A program made the position numbers and the translations under genes. This document shows, piece after piece, positions 48,140 through 58,148 of a stretch of DNA of 64,000 nucleotides. The notes below the pieces were generated by a model. The model was not told the origin of the DNA, ran no database searches, and saw nothing but the letters and a program-made list of their open reading frames with translations. Source of the DNA: an uncultured candidate division Zixibacteria bacterium (lineage in GTDB: Bacteria; Zixibacteria; MSB-5A5; GN15; PGXB01). The DNA is taken from positions 1,184,001-1,248,000 of the forward strand of contig OY969724.1 of NCBI GenBank assembly GCA_963702205.1, given 5' to 3'. The first letter of the stretch is position 1. Every line of letters starts with the position of its first letter.

Positions 48140-49639
48140 ATGTCAAAGGGAAAAAAAACGGGGGTAATTTTAACCGCCCTGGCGGCCTGCCTTTTGGTCG
48201 GAGCACACATTAAGGCCGCCGAGCAGGATGCGTTTGATATTTATCCCATACAGGTCGAAGGTAAAATCTACGGGCAAATTATCGGTGATTTCAACGGTGA
48301 CAATCTGCAGGACGTCGTCATCTTTTATTCCCCGACCGATGACCCCGACACCCGCTTCGCGGGATTGTGCCTCAATCTTGGCTCCCGTGGATTTGCCGAC
48401 CGTCCCGACTACCTGATGCGTATGCCGCAGACAGCGGTACAGGTGGACAAACTCAACCTAGATTCCGATCCCGCCGATGAAATAGTGTTCCTCGACGCCG
48501 ACGGCGCCGCCTATATAGATTACGACCAGTCCACGGGGCTGACCAATCCCCGGCGATTGATTCGTCAGAAAACGATTTTCGCAATGCCGGTTTTCAGCGG
48601 AATTATCGACGAACCGTTTTTCGTTAAATTTAGCGAAATCCCCGATAAAGTAGCCATCATCCCGACCCCCAAGGGATATGTTATTTTCGAAAAAGAAGAA
48701 GTGGGAAAGTACGAAATTCTCAACCAGCTTACGCTTCCGATTTTCTGCTACAACAATCAGAAGGATCTGAAGGATTTCCGGTCCGACCACACGGCGACGT
48801 TCAGCACCGAGCTGGCCTCGGTTCGGGCCAACGATTGCAACAAGGACGGCCTGACCGATCTGTACTTTTTGTGGGGACACAAAATTTGCTGCTTTATACA
48901 GGACAGCACCGGCAATTTCCCGACCGAGCCCGACGTGGACCTGTCGTTCTACCCGGAAAACCTCGACGGTTTCATGCAATCGTGGCTGGCCGATCTTAAC
49001 GGTGACGATCGTCTCGACGCGGTTGTATCATACACTTCGGGCGGCATTACCAACGCCGAGACGACACTGTCGTTTTATCTCTGCGGCCCCGACGGTAAAC
49101 TGTCGAAGAGCGACAAGCGGGAAATTCACCTGTCTGATTCGCACTGCAATTTGATAATCAACGATTACAACAACGACCGTCAGCCGGAGCTGGTGGTCCC
49201 GGCGCTGGAGCTGGGGACGATTGCCGCCACGAAGATGTTCCTGATGAAAAAGGCCGACCTGCACCTTCTGATTTATGACCTGGTCGGCGGGATTCCCGAA
49301 GAAGAGCCGCGCGCGCGCAAAAAGCTCGAGTTTCGGTTTAATTTCGATCAACCGCAGCCCACGCGCGAAGTCTCGGTCAACTGGTCGACCGATTTCAATA
49401 ATGATAATCTTCGCGATCTGGTTTTTGTTGATGGCGGGGGTAATGTTAAAGTATATTGGGGTGATTACAAGGATTTCCTGTCGAGCCGTCCGGACATAGA
49501 AATCCCGCTGGACCATCCGGCCACCATAATACCGGTATCGCTGGATAACGACGGTCGGGCCGACATGGTGGTCGAACATAATTTGACCGGGAAATTCGAC
49601 CGCATAACGATATTGAAAAATCGGACAGGAAGGCATTAA
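48140..49639 (+). CDS. FG-GAP/VCBS repeat secreted protein
   Basis: Signal peptide and multiple D(F/L/C/Y)NxDxxxD(L/V) repeats. Confidence 0.85.
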   Translation: MSKGKKTGVILTALAACLLVGAHIKAAEQDAFDIYPIQVEGKIYGQIIGDFNGDNLQDVVIFYSPTDDPDTRFAGLCLNLGSRGFADRPDYLMRMPQTAVQVDKLNLDSDPADEIVFLDADGAAYIDYDQSTGLTNPRRLIRQKTIFAMPVFSGIIDEPFFVKFSEIPDKVAIIPTPKGYVIFEKEEVGKYEILNQLTLPIFCYNNQKDLKDFRSDHTATFSTELASVRANDCNKDGLTDLYFLWGHKICCFIQDSTGNFPTEPDVDLSFYPENLDGFMQSWLADLNGDDRLDAVVSYTSGGITNAETTLSFYLCGPDGKLSKSDKREIHLSDSHCNLIINDYNNDRQPELVVPALELGTIAATKMFLMKKADLHLLIYDLVGGIPEEEPRARKKLEFRFNFDQPQPTREVSVNWSTDFNNDNLRDLVFVDGGGNVKVYWGDYKDFLSSRPDIEIPLDHPATIIPVSLDNDGRADMVVEHNLTGKFDRITILKNRTGRH

Positions 49640-49642
49640 GAT

Positions 49643-50560
49643 ATGCCGAAGCTTTTTGAAAATTTCTGGGTAAAGATAGCCGCGCTGGTTTTGGCCGTAC
49701 TACTCTGGCTGCACGTCGCGACCGACAAGACGTACCAGATGCAGCTGGCTCTGCCTCTGACACAGGTGGAGCTGTCGGGTGATCTGACCTTGACCGAACC
49801 GCCGCCGGAATCGGTGCTGGTGGTGGTGACGGCCGACGGCAAAAGCCTTCTCGCCAACGACTGGAAAAAAGGCGGCCTGAGACTGGTTATATCGCAGAGT
49901 CGTCCGGGCCGGTTCAAAGGCGAGCTGTCGACCGACAATATCGGACTGGTCCGCGGCGAACGGGTCAACCTGGTCGAGGTCATCGCGCCGCGAGAATACA
50001 ATTTCAACTGCGATCATATCGAAAGCCGCGAGGTGCCGGTGGTGAACAGGATCGTGACGTCGCCCGGCGATGGTTTCGCAATCGGCAAGTCGGACTCGCT
50101 GGTTCCGTCGGAGGTCACCATCTCCGGACCGCGCATGGCCGTGCGCTCGATAGATTCCGTCGCGACTGAGCTCGATTCGCTCGAAGGCGTCCGCAACGAT
50201 TTTTCGATGAAAGCGGCTTTGGTGCCTCCCAACATTTACGGTATTAAAGTGCATCCCGATTCGGTTTCGTTGGTGGTGACGGTTATACCGGTTAAGACCA
50301 TCTCGCTGGTCAGCGTGCCGATAACCATGACGAACCTTCCCGGAAATTCGAAAATATCGTTCTATCCTCAGACGGTCGACCTTCGCCTGCGCGGGCGGCT
50401 CGACTTGGTCGATACATTGAAAGCCGAAGATATAAAGGCCGTGGCGGATTATAAAAAAGCCAACGAGGCCGGGTTCGCGTCGGTCGAAATCGACCTGCCC
50501 GAGGCGGTGCACGTCCTGGCCCGGACGGTCGATTCGGTGCAGGTTTTTCTCGAACCATGA
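49643..50560 (+). CDS. YbbR/CdaR family protein
   Basis: ENFWVKIAALVLAVLLWLHV anchor and YbbR repeats (P..V.I.G). Confidence 0.85.
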   Translation: MPKLFENFWVKIAALVLAVLLWLHVATDKTYQMQLALPLTQVELSGDLTLTEPPPESVLVVVTADGKSLLANDWKKGGLRLVISQSRPGRFKGELSTDNIGLVRGERVNLVEVIAPREYNFNCDHIESREVPVVNRIVTSPGDGFAIGKSDSLVPSEVTISGPRMAVRSIDSVATELDSLEGVRNDFSMKAALVPPNIYGIKVHPDSVSLVVTVIPVKTISLVSVPITMTNLPGNSKISFYPQTVDLRLRGRLDLVDTLKAEDIKAVADYKKANEAGFASVEIDLPEAVHVLARTVDSVQVFLEP

Positions 50561-51561
50561 TTGTCCTCGGTGTCGAAAGTTCCTGTGACGAGACCTCGGT
50601 GGCGGTCGTCGAAAACTGCGATAATGTACTTTCCAATGTCATCCTGAGTCAGTTGGTGCATTCCGATTTCGGCGGGGTCGTGCCGGAACTGGCCAGCCGC
50701 GAACATCTGAAAGCCATCACCACCGTCTATCGTGAGGCGCTCGAAAAAGCCGGTGTCGTGCCGGAGCAGATCGATCTTTTCACGGCCACCTATGGGCCGG
50801 GACTGGTCGGGGCGCTTCTGGTCGGTTTGAATTTTTCCAAAGGGCTGGCGTTCGGTTACGATAAACCGTTCGTGGCGGTCAATCATCTGGAAGGACATAT
50901 CACCGCCAATATGCTGATTCACCGGGACGCTCTGCCGCAAAAGCATCTGACTCTTATAATTTCCGGCGGACACACATCGCTGGTTTTAGTCAACGGCTTC
51001 AGCGATTACATAGTGCTGGGGCAGACGCGCGACGACGCGGTCGGGGAGGCGTACGATAAAGTCGCCAAGCTGCTGGGACTGGGCTATCCCGGCGGGCATG
51101 TGATCGACCGGCTGGCCAAAGACGGCGATAGAAATTTCTACAAGTTTCCGCGCGGGATGATCAAAGACGAAAATTTTGATTTTTCGTTTTCGGGTCTCAA
51201 GACGGCGGTGGCGCTGTATGTCAAAGACGTCGGCGAGGACAAAGTGCAGGCGAAAGTGGCCGATATTTGCGCCTCGTTCCAGGAGGCGGCGCTGGACGTG
51301 CTGGTAGCGAAAGCCGTCCGCGCAGCCGGGGAGTATCGAGTGGAGGCGGTGACATTGAGCGGAGGCGTGGCGTCGAACAGTCGTTTGAAAGAAATGATGC
51401 AGGGCGAGTTGTCCAAAATCGGCGTGACGTTTTTCTATCCTCCGCCGGAATTGTGCACCGACAATGCCGCCATGATCGCGGCGACGGGTTATTTGAGATA
51501 TAAAAGTGACGGCCCGTCGAATCTGACTGTCAACGCCGTGCCCTATCTGGCGCTGGTGTAG
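50557..51561 (+). CDS. tsaD: tRNA N6-threonylcarbamoyltransferase
   Basis: LGVESSCDETS, GGVVPELASR.H, GPGL.GAL.VG, VNHLEGH, SGGHT, DDA.GEAYDK, FSFSGLKT and TDNAAMIA. Confidence 0.98.
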   Translation: MIVLGVESSCDETSVAVVENCDNVLSNVILSQLVHSDFGGVVPELASREHLKAITTVYREALEKAGVVPEQIDLFTATYGPGLVGALLVGLNFSKGLAFGYDKPFVAVNHLEGHITANMLIHRDALPQKHLTLIISGGHTSLVLVNGFSDYIVLGQTRDDAVGEAYDKVAKLLGLGYPGGHVIDRLAKDGDRNFYKFPRGMIKDENFDFSFSGLKTAVALYVKDVGEDKVQAKVADICASFQEAALDVLVAKAVRAAGEYRVEAVTLSGGVASNSRLKEMMQGELSKIGVTFFYPPPELCTDNAAMIAATGYLRYKSDGPSNLTVNAVPYLALV

Positions 51562-51599
51562 GTACTTCCGTCTGTAAAAGTATCCCTAAATAGACGTGC

Positions 51600-52451
51600 T
51601 TATAGAAGCTCTTTCTTAGGTTCTATTTCGTTGCTCACTTCTAAGCCCGTATCTGCAATATCGACACGGTGCTCATTAGCTGTTTGTTTCTCAGCTATTG
51701 GGGCTCTGCGTCTTTTTGAATGAGGTTTGCTTCGATTGATAGTTTTTATGGCGTTCTTTGTATCCTCGCTTGAAACCAATTCTCTTTTTAAAACGTCATT
51801 CCTGATAATTTCCCCGATTGAGGTAGTGTCGACCGATACTCCTTTGAAAATTGTCCTGATTTTCTTTCTTATAATTTTCAGGATTTCTTCAGATTGGATG
51901 ATTGCAGCTATAGTATTTTTATCGAGGGCTTTACGTTCTTCCTGGAATGATTCAATAACACTTTTGCGAATTGCTTCTTTACTGAGAATGTACAACTTTT
52001 CAAGGAACTTGGCTTCTCTGACACCCTCATTGATAAAATCTAATGAAAGTATGAGATCCATCTCTATAGGCTTGGTAAAAGTGACCTTATATACTTGCCA
52101 TTCAATGCCGTTAGTAAGAAGCACCCAATCGATACCGGCTCTCGCGGCATAATCTACTGCCTGACGCAAATGATTTTCCTTAAGCTCAATCCCGACAGCT
52201 TTGCATTCGATAAGGTAACGTACGTCATTTCCGTCCTTTATTGCGAGATCGCAATAGGTCCCCCTGATAGCGAATTCACTTGTGACGTCATAGTATTTAT
52301 CATAGCCGAATACTTCTGCAAGCATATCGACTATAATATTGACGGTATCACTTTCATTAATATCGCGCTTTTTGGCATCCTCCAATATTTTCGAAAAATT
52401 CCTTACGTTCGTTGAAAAACGTTTTTTGACTTTTGCTGGAATAGCAGACAT
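51600..52451 (-). CDS. Stand-alone HsdR N-terminal-type (PD-(D/E)xK) restriction endonuclease-like protein
   Basis: NE..T, EF....CD.AI, LIECK, Q...YA and W..LTNG..W..Y. GGAGG SD; AT-rich relative to the flanks. Confidence 0.85.
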   Translation of the reverse strand: MSAIPAKVKKRFSTNVRNFSKILEDAKKRDINESDTVNIIVDMLAEVFGYDKYYDVTSEFAIRGTYCDLAIKDGNDVRYLIECKAVGIELKENHLRQAVDYAARAGIDWVLLTNGIEWQVYKVTFTKPIEMDLILSLDFINEGVREAKFLEKLYILSKEAIRKSVIESFQEERKALDKNTIAAIIQSEEILKIIRKKIRTIFKGVSVDTTSIGEIIRNDVLKRELVSSEDTKNAIKTINRSKPHSKRRRAPIAEKQTANEHRVDIADTGLEVSNEIEPKKELL

Positions 52452-52540
52452 CGTAGCCTCCCTTGAGATTAGATTTTAGATTAATCCAATATAAGGCCAT
52501 TTTGATGGAATGGCAATCGTATTGGCCTTTTTTATATCGG

Positions 52541-52586
52541 TGTCGGGTTTCTCGCCCCGACAGGCCGGGACTCGGAACCGACCTAC
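52541..52586 (-). repeat. GTAG-type REP-like imperfect palindrome
   Basis: The minus strand reads GTAGgtcgg...cccgaca with gtcgg/ccgac and ccc/ggg arms. It is intergenic and GC-rich within an AT-rich spacer. Single copy in this window. Confidence 0.4.
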
Positions 52587-52858
52587 CTCTTGTATATCAA
52601 TAAATTTATTCGAGCTTTTGGCCTACTATCGAAACCAATTGCCGTCGCGGTTTTAAAAATGTATATTCCCCGGCAAGCATTAAACCGCTTGGAAAAAGGG
52701 TCGATTTATATTGGCAGGGTGACCGGGGAGGCAGAGGAATGAGCCGCTGACCACGGAAACCTTTTGGTGAAAATACTGTTTTGGTGTTGGCATATCGCAA
52801 TCGAACAATATCGCCGTAAGGCGTGTCGGATAAATTAGTATTATATTGAGGTGCTGCA

Positions 52859-54166
52859 ATGCAGGACAATCTGCTGACCAAAATAAAAAACAAAAATGCC
52901 CGGGTCGGGATTATCGGCCTCGGGTATGTCGGCCTGCCGCTGGCTATCGAAATCGGCCGGGTCGGTTTTGAGGTGTACGGTTTTGATATTTCCGAAAATA
53001 AAGTCAATCTGATCAATGCCGGTAAATCGGACATCGACGACGTCCCCGATGCCGCCGTCAAAGAGCTGGTGCAACAGGGAAAGCTAAAGGCATTCACCGA
53101 TCCGAAAAACCTGAAAAATTGCGATACGATTTCGATCTGCGTGCCGACGCCGCTTTCGAAAACCAAAGACCCCGACGTCAGCTACATTCTCGCGGCTGTC
53201 AACTGGGTGCAGGAGCAGATGCACGAAGAAGTCCTGGTCGTATTGGAATCGACAACGTACCCCGGTACGACCGAAGACATGATTTTGCCTCTGCTCGAAG
53301 AGTCCGGCCTCAAAGTCGGCCAGGATTTTTATCTGGCGTTTTCTCCGGAGCGTGTCGATCCGGGCAATCCGAAATTTCTGACGCACAACACACCGCGCGT
53401 AGTCGGTGGCATCACGCCCAAGTGCACTAAAATCGCCAAGCTCTTTTACGAGCAGTTCATAGATAATATTTATGCGGTTTCGTCGACCAAAGCCGCCGAG
53501 ACGGTTAAGCTTCTGGAGAATACGTTTCGGTCGGTCAATATCGGGCTGGTCAATGAAGTTGCTCTGATGTGCGACCGCCTGGGTTTGAGTGTCTGGGAAA
53601 TTATCGACGCCGCCGCCACCAAGCCGTTCGGCTTCATGCCGTTTTATCCGGGACCGGGACTGGGCGGGCACTGTATCCCGATCGACCCGCACTACTTGTC
53701 GTGGAAGCTGAAAAGCCTGAACTATTACGCCCGGTTTATCGAATTGGCGGGAGACGTCAATTCGCACATGCCGGAATACGTGGTGGACAGAATCGGCAAA
53801 GAGATGAACCGTCGCGGTCGTTCGGTCAAAGACTCGAAAATAGTCCTTCTCGGTATAGCCTACAAGCGGGATATAAAAGACGTTCGCGAATCTCCGGCGC
53901 TCGATGTTTTGAAACTGCTCGAGAATGCCGGAGCCAAAGTCGTTTTTAACGATCCTTTTGTCCCGGAAATTCGCTGGAACGACGGCAAGCTCAGATCGAA
54001 AAAACTTACTCCGGCGCTGATTAAGGGGTCGGACATGGTGGTCATTCTGACCGATCATACTGGCTACGATTACCAAATGATAGTCGATAACGCGCCGGTG
54101 ATTTTCGATACCCGCAACGCCACCAAGAAGATAAAGACGAAGCGAAGCAAGATAGTTCTACTATAG
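52859..54166 (+). CDS. Nucleotide-sugar dehydrogenase (UDP-GlcNAc 6-dehydrogenase WbpA/TviB-like)
   Basis: GLGYVGLPLA, ICVPTP, ESTTYPGTT, FSPER.DPG, KLLENTFR.VNI and GPGLGGHCIP.DP. Confidence 0.95.
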   Translation: MQDNLLTKIKNKNARVGIIGLGYVGLPLAIEIGRVGFEVYGFDISENKVNLINAGKSDIDDVPDAAVKELVQQGKLKAFTDPKNLKNCDTISICVPTPLSKTKDPDVSYILAAVNWVQEQMHEEVLVVLESTTYPGTTEDMILPLLEESGLKVGQDFYLAFSPERVDPGNPKFLTHNTPRVVGGITPKCTKIAKLFYEQFIDNIYAVSSTKAAETVKLLENTFRSVNIGLVNEVALMCDRLGLSVWEIIDAAATKPFGFMPFYPGPGLGGHCIPIDPHYLSWKLKSLNYYARFIELAGDVNSHMPEYVVDRIGKEMNRRGRSVKDSKIVLLGIAYKRDIKDVRESPALDVLKLLENAGAKVVFNDPFVPEIRWNDGKLRSKKLTPALIKGSDMVVILTDHTGYDYQMIVDNAPVIFDTRNATKKIKTKRSKIVLL

Positions 54167-54327
54167 ATCGGCTGGCAGGCCTTCCCGAATATTCTATTTC
54201 GCCGCTAACTTATTAAATAATAATATGTTAACGGCGATATTTTTTTTCATAGAGATTCAATTCCGACGTCATATTGCCGATAACTTAGTACGGACAGAAC
54301 CTTTTTACACTTGGGCGGCTTAACCCC

Positions 54328-56133
54328 GTGGATCAAATAGACCGAGAAAACCTGGCGCGGCTGATCGCCGAGTTGATCAAAACGATCAAAGTGGTTTCCG
54401 TATATCCGGAAAATAACCCTTTGCCCATAAAACTGCGCGAGTCTTTTTGCGAGCGGTTTTCTGAATTTATCTCAGAAAGCCGGGAACTGAGGTTGAGCAT
54501 CGGCAGCGATGCCATATCATTCGGAAACGAACCGATTTACCACGACAGCTCCGGCGATGAAAAGCTCGCTTCCATTTTCCACAATGCCGGAATAACCGAA
54601 ATATCATTCATGCCGAAATTCGGATATCAGCAGGCCGATGAATTCCTCCTGATGATGAAAAATTTCCTCAACAAGATAGAAGGCGCCGAGGATCTGATCA
54701 CGCTGCTTTGGAAAACCAACATTGATGGGTTCGATTATCAGACGCTGGAAGATTCCATGCTGGGTGAATATGAAGGTGAATTTATTGCGAGAGAAGCCAT
54801 CAAAGAAGGCGACCTGTCCGATTCAAGGTATATCGATCAATCGGACGGCGGCATGACGGTTTATAATGAGATATTTCTCGATGACCCGGATGAAGAAGAA
54901 AGCGACGCGCCATCGGAATCCGGTCTGCCCGCCGAAGAAGGATTCGTGCGCGGGAAAATGGGCTGGGCTGAAGATGAAAATGAGCTTAAAGAGATTTCAA
55001 AAAATATCGCGCGAGTCTTTGACCAGCACTATCAGCTTCAGAACGACGACGATACCACCGCGGCCGCGATAATCGAAGAAGACGCCGGGCAGGATTTTTA
55101 TAAACTGGCGGCAGGTCTGGTACGCGAGATGGTTCTACAGGAAACCGAGTACGGTGAGTTCGTCGAAGCGGTGACGGTTTGCGAGAAGTTTCATTCCGAG
55201 GCTTTTGGACAGGGACGTATCGACTGCGCCGTGGAAACGGCCGATTTTGTTCTTAATTTCGACAAAGGTCTTTCTCCGGAACGAAGCCGGTGGAAAGAAA
55301 GACTTCATACCGCGCGGGCGGCGATGGGTGCCAAGGACTCATTCATACAGTTCGGCAAGGCTCTCAATGCCGATCCTGATTTTCCTCCCGAACAGATCGA
55401 AGATTACCTCAGCCTGTTCGGCTGGGAAGCGCTGGCCTCGGTGGTTGACCTTCTGGGCGAGCTGGAACATAAAAACCATCGCCTGGCGGTCTGTGATTAC
55501 CTGAGCAAAGCCAGTCCCAGGCACGTTGACATACTGGCCAAGGGAATTTTCGATCGACGCTGGTTTGTGGTGCGCAATACTTCGATGATCCTGGCGCGTA
55601 TCGGTGGTCAACGGGCCAATTCGTTTCTGGAAAAAGCGGCGCATCACGAAGACTCCCGCGTCCGCCGTGAAGTTGCAATCGGTCTGGCCGAAGCCTCAAG
55701 CGCCAACAGCATCTATTTGTTGAAAGAATTCCTCTGGGACGACGACCGTGAAGTCAGCCGGATGGCCATCGAATCGTTTTTGAAACTCGATCCGTCGTTC
55801 GGAGTCGAACCTCTTATTACGGTCATCAACGACGCCCGTTTTGCCGGGCTGGACGATACCATTCAGGAAAAAGTGGTGGTCGCGTTTTCCGGTGTCGGCG
55901 GTGAAAAAGCGGTGGAATATCTGGTCAAGCTTATTGACCCGTGGAAGTTCATGCCGAGTTCTTCCGAGGAATTCTATCGCGGTGTCGCGTTCAGGGCACT
56001 GGCCTCGAATCCGTCGGAGGCGGCCGAAAAGGCTCTTTTGAAACTGGCCCGCTGCCTGCGGAAAAAAATACGCTGCATGGCCGGTCAGGCCCTGGCGGAA
56101 CGTCGGGCAAATCTCTCGGAGGGACAAAATTGA
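54328..56133 (+). CDS. HEAT-repeat protein with N-terminal YP..(N/H)P domain
   Basis: RWFVVRN...L..IG and HEDSRVRRE HEAT units; acidic linker. Confidence 0.85.
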   Translation: MDQIDRENLARLIAELIKTIKVVSVYPENNPLPIKLRESFCERFSEFISESRELRLSIGSDAISFGNEPIYHDSSGDEKLASIFHNAGITEISFMPKFGYQQADEFLLMMKNFLNKIEGAEDLITLLWKTNIDGFDYQTLEDSMLGEYEGEFIAREAIKEGDLSDSRYIDQSDGGMTVYNEIFLDDPDEEESDAPSESGLPAEEGFVRGKMGWAEDENELKEISKNIARVFDQHYQLQNDDDTTAAAIIEEDAGQDFYKLAAGLVREMVLQETEYGEFVEAVTVCEKFHSEAFGQGRIDCAVETADFVLNFDKGLSPERSRWKERLHTARAAMGAKDSFIQFGKALNADPDFPPEQIEDYLSLFGWEALASVVDLLGELEHKNHRLAVCDYLSKASPRHVDILAKGIFDRRWFVVRNTSMILARIGGQRANSFLEKAAHHEDSRVRREVAIGLAEASSANSIYLLKEFLWDDDREVSRMAIESFLKLDPSFGVEPLITVINDARFAGLDDTIQEKVVVAFSGVGGEKAVEYLVKLIDPWKFMPSSSEEFYRGVAFRALASNPSEAAEKALLKLARCLRKKIRCMAGQALAERRANLSEGQN

Positions 56134-57584
56134 GTTCCGAAAATTCCGGACATAAAACGCTGGAACTGGCTTCGACCGGTGAGTACGATCTGGTAAATCT
56201 GTTGTTTTTGCTGTTTCGCACCGCTTCGGTAGTGGAACAGAACAATGAATCGTACATCACCAAGTCGGAAAAATTTTATAAATTGTTCCGCAGCCTGACC
56301 GAGGAATCCGGGAAAATATGTGTCAAAGTCATCAAGGGACGGATATTTATCGGTGAAAAATTCGTCCGTTTCGATACCGACGGCATGGTTCGGGCCCGCG
56401 TGATCATAGACCAGTGGTACCATTTGGGCCTGGGAGGACTGATCCTCGATGAATTCGTGGAGCGCCGCCAGATCGACAAGTTTATTTACCTTATCGCCCG
56501 TGCTCGGGGCGGCGACGTTTCGCAGGAAGAGCTGTCGGTACGGTTAATCGACCTCGGGGTCGATGGCATCACTCTGCTGGCCCCGGAAAAAGAAATAGAC
56601 ACCCCGCTCGAACAGGACGAACGGCTCAAACTTCGCCGGGCCGCCCGGGCGACGTTCTTCCGCTCGATCGCCACGGTCGGCGATATAATGGCCCGCGTCG
56701 CCGAAGACAAAGAAATCGACATTACCAAAACCCGCCGGGTGGTGCAGACACTGGTCGACAATATCATCGACGATGAGTCGGCCCTGATCGAACTGACGGC
56801 GATTCGTGATTTCGATGAGTACACTTACGTCCACAGCACGAACGTCTGCATTTATTCTCTGACCATGGGGATTCATCTCGGGCTGGATCGTGATGGTTTG
56901 TCGCAGCTCGGATTTGCAGCTTTGTTCCACGACCTGGGGAAAGTCAAGCTGCCGGGCGACCTGATCAAAAAGCCCGACGTCTTCGACGAGGACGACTGGG
57001 TTCAGATGCAAAAGCATCCTCAGCTCGGGGCCAAAACCATACTGCGCAATCTCAAACTCGACGATAACATTATCCGGGCGGCGCTGGTCGCGTTCGAGCA
57101 TCATATCAATATGGATTACACCGGCTACCCTCTTTTGAAAATTAAAAGACCGACCAACCTGTTTTCACGCATCGTCGCCATAGCCGATACTTTCGACGCG
57201 CTGACATCGGGCCGGGTGTACATAAAGACGGCCATACCGCCGGATGAAGTCCTGCGCAAGATGATGTATCAAATGACGGTCAAATTCGATGCTTTTCTTC
57301 TCAAGATGTTCGTCAATATCATCGGGGCCTATCCGGCCGGGACGCTGGTCCTGCTGACAAGTCAGGAACTGGCCCTGGTTTTGCGGGCCAACGATGAAAA
57401 TCCGGTCCGTCCGGTGGTGCGCGTAATCGGCAATGAGTCCGGATTGTACGCTGAGTATAAAGAAGTCGATCTGTCGCAGCCGGAATTCGAGTCGATCGAC
57501 GTGGAGCGGATTATCGATCCGGCGGCTCACAATATCGATGTTAAAAGAATTATCCTCGCCGACGATCCTCTAAAAGTTGTATGA
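56130..57584 (+). CDS. HD-GYP domain c-di-nucleotide phosphodiesterase
   Basis: YTYVHS, HDLGK, HP, EHH...D..GYP and IADTFDALTS.R.Y. Start reassigned to TTG 56130, overlapping the HEAT gene stop (TTGA). Confidence 0.9.
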   Translation: MSSENSGHKTLELASTGEYDLVNLLFLLFRTASVVEQNNESYITKSEKFYKLFRSLTEESGKICVKVIKGRIFIGEKFVRFDTDGMVRARVIIDQWYHLGLGGLILDEFVERRQIDKFIYLIARARGGDVSQEELSVRLIDLGVDGITLLAPEKEIDTPLEQDERLKLRRAARATFFRSIATVGDIMARVAEDKEIDITKTRRVVQTLVDNIIDDESALIELTAIRDFDEYTYVHSTNVCIYSLTMGIHLGLDRDGLSQLGFAALFHDLGKVKLPGDLIKKPDVFDEDDWVQMQKHPQLGAKTILRNLKLDDNIIRAALVAFEHHINMDYTGYPLLKIKRPTNLFSRIVAIADTFDALTSGRVYIKTAIPPDEVLRKMMYQMTVKFDAFLLKMFVNIIGAYPAGTLVLLTSQELALVLRANDENPVRPVVRVIGNESGLYAEYKEVDLSQPEFESIDVERIIDPAAHNIDVKRIILADDPLKVV

Positions 57585-58143
57585 TAGAGCAATGGCGGCG
57601 GGGGCATTTTCCGCCGGGACTAACTTCAAAGAAATCGATTTATCTTTTTTCGGAAAATTAACGAGATGAGCGTCGACATAAGCGTCGAACATCGAAATGA
57701 AAATCAGGCTTCCCGTGTACCAGGCATAGCGGTTGCGATCGTCGCGAGCGTTCAGGGTACTCGCTATAAAGCGAAGCCTGCAAGTCCGGTCCGGCCGACT
57801 GGAAGGCCTTTCTGGAGTCGGAGGTCTTCGTGCGATAGTGCCAGTAGGTCGCAAACGAGAGAGTTTCCAGCCCCGCGAATAGGACAGCTTTGATATACTT
57901 TTTATTGCCGACTTGTCCCCATCCGGGCACCAGCATCGACTTGAAAAGAGCGGTGGTCGGGTTCTGTGTCCGGATGCTGTCGGGAGATCGTTCGACGAAC
58001 ATGCTTTTATATTTTATGCCCGCAATAGTCGAATCGGCAATATTCCCGGCCTTTTTGGTCGAATCCTCACCGGAATCAGAAGCCGCCATGGTCATGGCCG
58101 CGGCCGTCTGGATGATGACAATTATGACCGCGATTCGAAGCAC
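57570..58143 (-). CDS. DUF5683-like membrane protein; apparent +1 frameshift at ~57756
   Basis: P..ALFKSMLVPGWGQ..NKKYIK in one frame and RN.YAW.......SMFDAYVDAHL in the next. Removing one G from GGG 57755-57757 gives SEYLNARDDRNRYAW. The span is 3n+1. Confidence 0.8.
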
Positions 58144-58148
58144 GTGTA

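Noticed and set aside
52606..53166. 186-aa minus-strand ORF
   Set aside because: Mostly antisense to the well-supported nucleotide-sugar dehydrogenase and has no motifs.
55941..56129. N-terminal extension of the HD-GYP ORF as called in the track
   Set aside because: It overlaps the HEAT gene by ~190 nt with low-complexity sequence. The coupled TTG start at 56130 is more plausible.
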